A DNA stretch of 64,000 bases from Bacteroidia bacterium (GTDB taxonomy: Bacteria; Bacteroidota; Bacteroidia; UBA8524): the NCBI GenBank assembly GCA_965249955.1, contig OZ252261.1:2426773-2490772 (forward strand), written 5' to 3'. Below, in pieces: positions 58,340 to 64,000 of the stretch. A program made the position numbers and the translations under genes. Within the stretch, counting starts at the first letter, position 1, and each line of letters starts with the position of its first letter. Below the pieces are notes generated by a model. That model was given only the letters and a program-made list of their open reading frames with translations. It had not been told where the DNA came from and ran no database searches.

Positions 58340-59173
58340 TTATTTCAACAATACTTTTCGCACATCAAAATCATCGCGGTGGGCAAGTGCAAAGTTCTGT
58401 GCTATAACCGTATACACCATTTCATAAGCCAATTGTTCCCACCATATATTCATAGTAGCACATACGGCACAATAACCTTTTACCATATTGTTTACATTAC
58501 TTTCAGTAATAAAAGGTTTCACGGCATCAATTAAACCCTGTTCGTGGCCAATTTCAAAATATTTATGCCCGTCAATATATAATTTTGTTAAATCGGCAGC
58601 ATTTTTAGCCGGCATATTCTTTTTTTGTCTATATGCCGTTACCATCTCATCCAAAATCGAAAATTCAGGAATTGCACTTCCTTCAAAAGCCATTAGTGCT
58701 CCTGCTACAAAAGCATTATCAGTGTCTTTAAAAATCAAGTGCATTTTGCGCAAAAAACTTTGGGTTATACCACAGGGTTGGTAATTATCAGTTTCAATGC
58801 CCAAATCAATTTTATAACCTTGCCGCATCATTTCAAGGTGAGGAATATCCTTAGTTTCTTCTCCTTTTTCCTCATTTATATTACGTAATATTTCGTCTTG
58901 CAATAATTTCCAATCGTGGTTGCGCAAGCTGGCATCCAGCAGCATATGTATAGCAGCGTATGAAAATGCCGAGTATTCTTTTATCACAAAAGCCACTTGT
59001 TGTGCATCTACGTCGGCAAGCACAGCTACCACAGGGTTGGTTTGGGGATGAAGTGCCGTAAAGTTATTTTTAAGTAATGTTTTTAAAGCCTCTAGTGCCG
59101 TATCAAAATCAGGGTACTTAACAGCAATTGTTTTTATAGTTTCTTGTTGCGTAACAATTAGTTGTTTTTTCAT
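58340..59173 (-). CDS. Heme-oxygenase-like diiron protein, CADD-like (DUF3865-type)
   Basis: 'NPVV', 'NINEEKG...PH', 'AFEGSAIPE', 'GHKYFEIGHE', 'WWEQL': E...H / E / H..E..H metal-ligand pattern. Confidence 0.75.
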   Translation of the reverse strand: MKKQLIVTQQETIKTIAVKYPDFDTALEALKTLLKNNFTALHPQTNPVVAVLADVDAQQVAFVIKEYSAFSYAAIHMLLDASLRNHDWKLLQDEILRNINEEKGEETKDIPHLEMMRQGYKIDLGIETDNYQPCGITQSFLRKMHLIFKDTDNAFVAGALMAFEGSAIPEFSILDEMVTAYRQKKNMPAKNAADLTKLYIDGHKYFEIGHEQGLIDAVKPFITESNVNNMVKGYCAVCATMNIWWEQLAYEMVYTVIAQNFALAHRDDFDVRKVLLK

Positions 59174-59273
59174 ATATTACTTTACCTTATAAGCAAACGT
59201 AAATATAGCAAAACAAGGGATTAAATAGACGTTAAAAATACTTATGTTTGTGAGACAAGACATAAACAGGGTA

Positions 59274-59942
59274 ATGTTTAACCTTAAAAATATCAAATCG
59301 CTTTTTATTGTTACTGATGACGAGCATACCGGCAGAGAAAAGAAAGAAGCCGAAATAAAAGAAAAGACCAACTCACCTGTAGCACACCCATCAGCAGACA
59401 CTCCTTCGGTTGAGGGTTCTTTTGAAAACCGCATTGCCGAGTCACTTTTTAAAGCACTTGAAGCAAACAATATAGATGGTGTTGATTATTTTGAGTTTAA
59501 AAACTCGTTAAAATCACTCGCAAGTTTACCTATGGATGAGGCTACACGCTACCGTTCGGCATTTGCCACCTCATCAACAATGGGACTTAATTTGCAAATT
59601 CTTACCAGTTCGGCAGGACATTATTTAAAGGTACTTGAAGGTGAAAAGAAGGTGTTTTTAAATTCTGTTTCACACCAAAATACTACCAATGTAATTGGCA
59701 AAGAAAAAACCATTGATGATTTAAATAAACAAATAGCTGATAAATCGGCTACAATAAAAAGGCTAACCGAAGAGATACAGCAGCACCAGTTGCAAATGGA
59801 AAAAGTACGTAGTGAAATTGCGTCGGCTAAAAATCAAATAGCCCAAACAGAGGCAAACTTTAATAACACTTTTGTTTCGCTAACTGCCGAAATAAATGAT
59901 GATATAGCAAAAATTAACAAATACTTAAACCCTCAACAATAA
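59274..59942 (+). CDS. Conserved hypothetical cytoplasmic protein with C-terminal coiled coil
   Basis: 'LFKALEANN..G.DYFEFK.SL..L....MDEATRYRSAFAT...MG' followed by heptad repeats. Start 59274 or 59244. Confidence 0.7.
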   Translation: MFNLKNIKSLFIVTDDEHTGREKKEAEIKEKTNSPVAHPSADTPSVEGSFENRIAESLFKALEANNIDGVDYFEFKNSLKSLASLPMDEATRYRSAFATSSTMGLNLQILTSSAGHYLKVLEGEKKVFLNSVSHQNTTNVIGKEKTIDDLNKQIADKSATIKRLTEEIQQHQLQMEKVRSEIASAKNQIAQTEANFNNTFVSLTAEINDDIAKINKYLNPQQ

Positions 59943-59965
59943 ACTAAATAATAAGTTTAATTACT

Positions 59966-60979
59966 ATGGAAGGAATGAAACCAAAATCGTTTTGGCAAAA
60001 GCCTGAAGGCATTACAGGAATGATTACTGCGGCTATGATAGTTGTGGGTGGGGGGTATTTGCTATACACCTTTTTGCCTTATATCATCAGTTTGATGCAA
60101 AATGCCCTAACGGCAGTTTTGTTATTTATGGGCTTGGGCGCAATAGTTTATATATTACTCGACCCTCGCTTTAGAAACCTTATTTGGTTTGTATATAAAA
60201 GTATAATGCGTGCTTTAACCAGCATTTTTGTACAAATAGACCCTATTGGTATATTAAATACCTATGTAGAAAGTTTGCAAGACAACCTATCAAAAATGGG
60301 AGCCCAAATAGGTAAACTACGCGGGCAAATGCGTAAACTAAAAGATATTATTGATACGAACGAGAAAGAGCGTACCGATAGCTTGGCAATGGCAAGCAAA
60401 GCTCGCGAAAAAGGAAAAAGCAATATTTTAATATTAAAAACACGTAAAGCGGGCAGGTTGCAAGAATCAAACCTAAAACTTACCGACCTATACCGCAAAA
60501 TGGAAGTGCTGTATCGTGTACTTACTAAAATGTATGAAAACAGTGAGGTTTTGATGGAAGATATTAAAGACCAAGTGGCAGTGAAAAAAATGGAGCGCGA
60601 AGCTATTCGCACCAGCCATTCGGCCATGCGCTCGGCATTAAATATAATTAGCGGCGATAAAGACAAACGTATGATGTTTGACCAAGCTATGGAAGCCGTT
60701 GCCGATGACGTGAGCCGCAAAGTAGGGGAGATGGAAAGGTTTATGGAATTATCGCAAACCTTTATGGATGGCGTTGATTTACAAAACGGGGTGTATGAAG
60801 AAAAAGGCTTAGAGATGTTGGAGAAATGGGAGAAAGAAGGAATGTCGTTACTGTTGGGTGATGATAAAAACATATTGCTTACTGAAGGTAGCAGTGGGAT
60901 GAGCACATTAAATATTGAAGACCCTTTGCCCAAAGGGAAGAAATCGGATACCAATCCCTACAATAACTTATTTGAATAA
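59966..60979 (+). CDS. Membrane-anchored PspA/IM30-like coiled-coil protein
   Basis: N-terminal TM hairpin, 'IDPIGILNTYVESL' (cf. PspA 'DP..ML...I..M'), long all-helical coiled coil. Confidence 0.6.
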   Translation: MEGMKPKSFWQKPEGITGMITAAMIVVGGGYLLYTFLPYIISLMQNALTAVLLFMGLGAIVYILLDPRFRNLIWFVYKSIMRALTSIFVQIDPIGILNTYVESLQDNLSKMGAQIGKLRGQMRKLKDIIDTNEKERTDSLAMASKAREKGKSNILILKTRKAGRLQESNLKLTDLYRKMEVLYRVLTKMYENSEVLMEDIKDQVAVKKMEREAIRTSHSAMRSALNIISGDKDKRMMFDQAMEAVADDVSRKVGEMERFMELSQTFMDGVDLQNGVYEEKGLEMLEKWEKEGMSLLLGDDKNILLTEGSSGMSTLNIEDPLPKGKKSDTNPYNNLFE

Positions 60980-61006
60980 TTTTTTAATTCTTAAATACAC
61001 ATCGAC

Positions 61007-62545
61007 ATGAAACCTAGGTTAACCCCATTTTCAAAGCTACTAATCACCATTATTGTTGTTGGTGGCTTGGGCTATCTTATATACACATTAGCAAACAATA
61101 AAAACATTACCGAAAAACTATTGCCAAAAGGTAAAAACGGTCAAACCAGCGGTGATTACGATAGAGATGAAGTAATACGTGTAGGCGTAGTTACTTGGGG
61201 TGGTTATGCCGGTGGTGAATATTTTAACGAAGGTTTTAAACCCTCAAAAGAATCTCGTTTTTCAAAAGAATACGGTATTAATGTAGAGTTTGTTTTGAAC
61301 GATGATTTCAACTCGTCACGCGAAGCATGGAAAGCAGGCGAAATAGATGTATTGTGGACTACTATCGATGCTTTTCCTACAGAAGTAGAAGGCTTTAGAG
61401 ATTTAGACCCACAAGTTATATTCCAAGCCGATTGGTCGCGCGGGGGAGATGCCCTAGTAGTGCGCAGAGGTATAGAAACTGTTGCCGACCTTAAAGGAAA
61501 AAAAGTAGCTGTTGCACCCATGACTCCATCAAACACCTTTTTAATTTGGTTATTGAATGCTGGTGGACTGAAAAAAGAAGATATACAAATAATAGAAGCA
61601 CCAAACGCTATTGATGCTGCTGCGTACTTTAAAGCAAACCGTGTTGATGCAGCAGTAGTTTGGAGTCCTGATGATGAAGACTGCGTTAACAATGTAAAAG
61701 GGGCAAAAATATTGCGCAATACCAAATCAGCCTCAAATATTATTGCCGACGTATTTTTTGTTAAAAAAGAGTACCTATCAAAAAATCGTGAAGACTTAGG
61801 TAAACTAGTTGAAGGTTGGTTGCGTGGGGCTGCTGAAATTAACGCATCAGAAAGCAACAAACGCAAAGCAGCTAAAATATTGGCCGATGGTCTTAGCCAA
61901 CCCGAAGATTTTTGCTACAATGCCATTAACAATGCACGCTTGTGTACCTATGGCGATAATGTAAACTTTTTTAACATCAACGGAAATTACACTGGTGTTA
62001 AAGGCGAAGATATTTATAACCAAATGAGCAAAGCCTACTACAACTGGGGCTATGCATCCGCTAATGTACCTGCCTTTAGGTTAATATCCGATGCATCATT
62101 AGTAAAAGAGATTTCTCTAAGCGGTAGCGAACACAATGCAGAAGGGCAAGCTGAGTTTTCGCCTGTTACTAAAGAATTAAAATCTACCCCTGCGTTTTCA
62201 AGTAAAGGCATAACAATAACTTTTGCCACAGGCAGCTATACCCTTGACGAAAACGCTAAATATATTATAGATTTAGAGTTTAGCGAGATAGCCAAAGCAT
62301 TTGGTAATGCCCGTGTGCGTATTGAAGGAAACACAGATAATGTAGGTAGCGAAGCATCAAACAAATTATTATCAGAGCGTAGGGCACAGGCCGTAGCTGA
62401 TTATTTAGCTACTGAGCACAACCTGCCTCGCAATAAATTTGTGATAGTAGGTAATGGCAGCACCAAACCCGTAGCTGATAACGACACTGAAAAGGGAAGG
62501 GCAAAAAATCGCCGTACCGATTTCCAATTATTGGCTGAGGAATAA
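61007..62545 (+). CDS. NitT/TauT-type (SsuA/NMT1-like) substrate-binding protein fused to OmpA-like C-terminal domain
   Basis: Signal anchor; 'VVTWGGY', 'DWSRGGD', 'DLKGKKVAV'; OmpA-C 'IEGNTDNVGSEASN..LSERRAQAV...GNGS..P.....GRAKNRR'. Confidence 0.88.
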   Translation: MKPRLTPFSKLLITIIVVGGLGYLIYTLANNKNITEKLLPKGKNGQTSGDYDRDEVIRVGVVTWGGYAGGEYFNEGFKPSKESRFSKEYGINVEFVLNDDFNSSREAWKAGEIDVLWTTIDAFPTEVEGFRDLDPQVIFQADWSRGGDALVVRRGIETVADLKGKKVAVAPMTPSNTFLIWLLNAGGLKKEDIQIIEAPNAIDAAAYFKANRVDAAVVWSPDDEDCVNNVKGAKILRNTKSASNIIADVFFVKKEYLSKNREDLGKLVEGWLRGAAEINASESNKRKAAKILADGLSQPEDFCYNAINNARLCTYGDNVNFFNINGNYTGVKGEDIYNQMSKAYYNWGYASANVPAFRLISDASLVKEISLSGSEHNAEGQAEFSPVTKELKSTPAFSSKGITITFATGSYTLDENAKYIIDLEFSEIAKAFGNARVRIEGNTDNVGSEASNKLLSERRAQAVADYLATEHNLPRNKFVIVGNGSTKPVADNDTEKGRAKNRRTDFQLLAEE

Positions 62546-62551
62546 AATCGG

Positions 62552-63349
62552 ATGAAAAAGATTGTTAAAGAACTTTTTACCCTGCGGGGAACTTTACCCA
62601 AACCGCTATTTACTGCAATAGAGATTACGGGGATTGTACTTTTATTGGTTATTTGGTATAGTATTACTGCAGCACAGCTTATACCCTCATCGCTAATGCC
62701 ATCGCCACAAAAAGTACTTAGCTCATACAGCGAGTTACACTATCGCGATGCGCTGATACGCAATTCTTTTTTCTCAATTAAACTAAACTTTTTAGGGTAT
62801 TTGGTAGCTACTGTTATAGCTATACCACTGGGTTTTGTTATAGGGCTGTTTCCTTTGTTCCGTTCATTGTTCAATCGTCCTGTTGATGCTATACGTTTTT
62901 TACCTCTAACGGCAGTTACAGGTATTTTTATAGCATGGTTTGGTATTGATACCGATATGAAGGTGTACTTTTTGGCCTTTGGTATTATAGTATACCTACT
63001 ACCTGTTGTGGTGCAACGTATAGATGAGGTTGAGAAAATTTATTTGCAAACTGTATATACTTTAGGTGCAAACAAATGGCAAACCATTATTACGGTGTTT
63101 ATACCCAATGTAATGGCAAAACTAAGCGATGATATACGTGTGCTTGTGGCTATGAGTTGGACCTATATAATTGTGGCCGAACTGATAAACAAAACAGGCG
63201 GACTTGGGGGCTTGGCTTGGGAAGCACAACGCCAAAGCCGCATTGATAAGCTGTTTGCCATACTATTGGTAATAATACTAATAGGTTTTTTGCAGGATAA
63301 GTTGTTTAAACTTATTGATAAGCTGTTGTTTAAGCACAAATACAAATAA
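62552..63349 (+). CDS. ABC transporter permease (SsuC/TauC-like)
   Basis: 'L.P.P..V', 'PLGF.IG', 'R.LP..A', EAA-like loop 'YTLGA.KWQ', 'W..IIVAEL'. Confidence 0.92.
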   Translation: MKKIVKELFTLRGTLPKPLFTAIEITGIVLLLVIWYSITAAQLIPSSLMPSPQKVLSSYSELHYRDALIRNSFFSIKLNFLGYLVATVIAIPLGFVIGLFPLFRSLFNRPVDAIRFLPLTAVTGIFIAWFGIDTDMKVYFLAFGIIVYLLPVVVQRIDEVEKIYLQTVYTLGANKWQTIITVFIPNVMAKLSDDIRVLVAMSWTYIIVAELINKTGGLGGLAWEAQRQSRIDKLFAILLVIILIGFLQDKLFKLIDKLLFKHKYK

Positions 63350-63357
63350 GAGATTTT

Positions 63358-64000
63358 ATGAGCGGTACTTTTTTTGAATCGTCGTTGCCCAATATTATCG
63401 AGCTAAGAAATATTAAGCAAACCTACGATGGGAAGAAATATATTTTTGACGGATGCGATTTTGTAGTGCCCGATAAACCCAATCAAGGACAGTTTGTAGC
63501 TCTTATGGGTGCCTCAGGTTGCGGAAAATCTACCCTGTTGCGCTATATATGCAATTTGCAACAACCTACCGAGGGTACCGTTTTAGTAAATGGCAAGCCT
63601 GTTGACGACGAGGGCGAAAGGGTGAGTATGGTTTTCCAAAACTACTCGTCATTACCTTGGTTTACAGTATTAGAAAACGTAGCACTGCCTTTAAAATTTA
63701 AAGGCATAGGCGAAAAAGAGCGCGAAGAAAAAGCAATGGAGATGATACAACTGGTAGGCTTAGACGGACATCAGAATAAGTTTGCCAAAATGCCCGGTCT
63801 TTCGGGCGGTCAGTTGCAGCGCGTAGCCATAGCCCGTAGTCTTATAGCCAATCCAAACATAATTGTGATGGACGAGCCTTTTGGGGCATTAGATATTAAT
63901 ACAAGGCTGAAAATGCAGGATATGCTTGAGGATATTTGGCTCAAATTTCACTCTACCATTGTATTTGTAACACACGATATTACAGAAGCGGTATACTTGG
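63358..64000 (+). CDS. ABC transporter ATP-binding protein (SsuB/TauB-like), 3'-truncated by window edge
   Basis: Not in the ORF track; translated by hand from ATG 63358: MSGTFFES...GASGCGKST...LSGGQLQRVAIARSL...MDEPFGALD. Confidence 0.93.
   Translation, partial: MSGTFFESSLPNIIELRNIKQTYDGKKYIFDGCDFVVPDKPNQGQFVALMGASGCGKSTLLRYICNLQQPTEGTVLVNGKPVDDEGERVSMVFQNYSSLPWFTVLENVALPLKFKGIGEKEREEKAMEMIQLVGLDGHQNKFAKMPGLSGGQLQRVAIARSLIANPNIIVMDEPFGALDINTRLKMQDMLEDIWLKFHSTIVFVTHDITEAVYL

Overview
Core-genome-like 64 kb window from a Bacteroidota chromosome: AT-rich, with TAnnTTTG/TTTG sigma70 promoters, split atpD-atpC with a short epsilon, and a T9SS C-terminal domain protein. Housekeeping genes include murA, grpE-dnaJ, mpg, atpDC, fsa/tal, accA, a carboxyltransferase beta subunit, a phosphohexomutase, gcdH, tsaD, tamB and pqqL. 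RNA genes are tRNA-Asp(GTC) and the SRP RNA ffs. There is also a persulfide/sulfur-handling cluster (Crp/Fnr, TauE, MBL-rhodanese, rhodaneses, thioredoxins). No integrase, transposase, prophage or CRISPR array is visible, but several short palindromic repeat elements are. Two candidate uncharacterised systems stand out. (1) A tightly coupled four-gene operon at 34246-36720 encodes a small PCPxxC protein, a 7-TM protein with no retinal lysine, a sensor-less single-TM histidine kinase and a NarL regulator, resembling a ligand/receptor/kinase/regulator circuit. (2) An operon from about 59274 to the window end couples a membrane-anchored PspA/ESCRT-III-like coiled-coil protein to an ABC transporter whose binding protein is fused to an OmpA peptidoglycan-binding domain; it sits head-to-head with an orphan CADD-like diiron enzyme. 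All family assignments come from motifs recognised by eye; no database searches were run.
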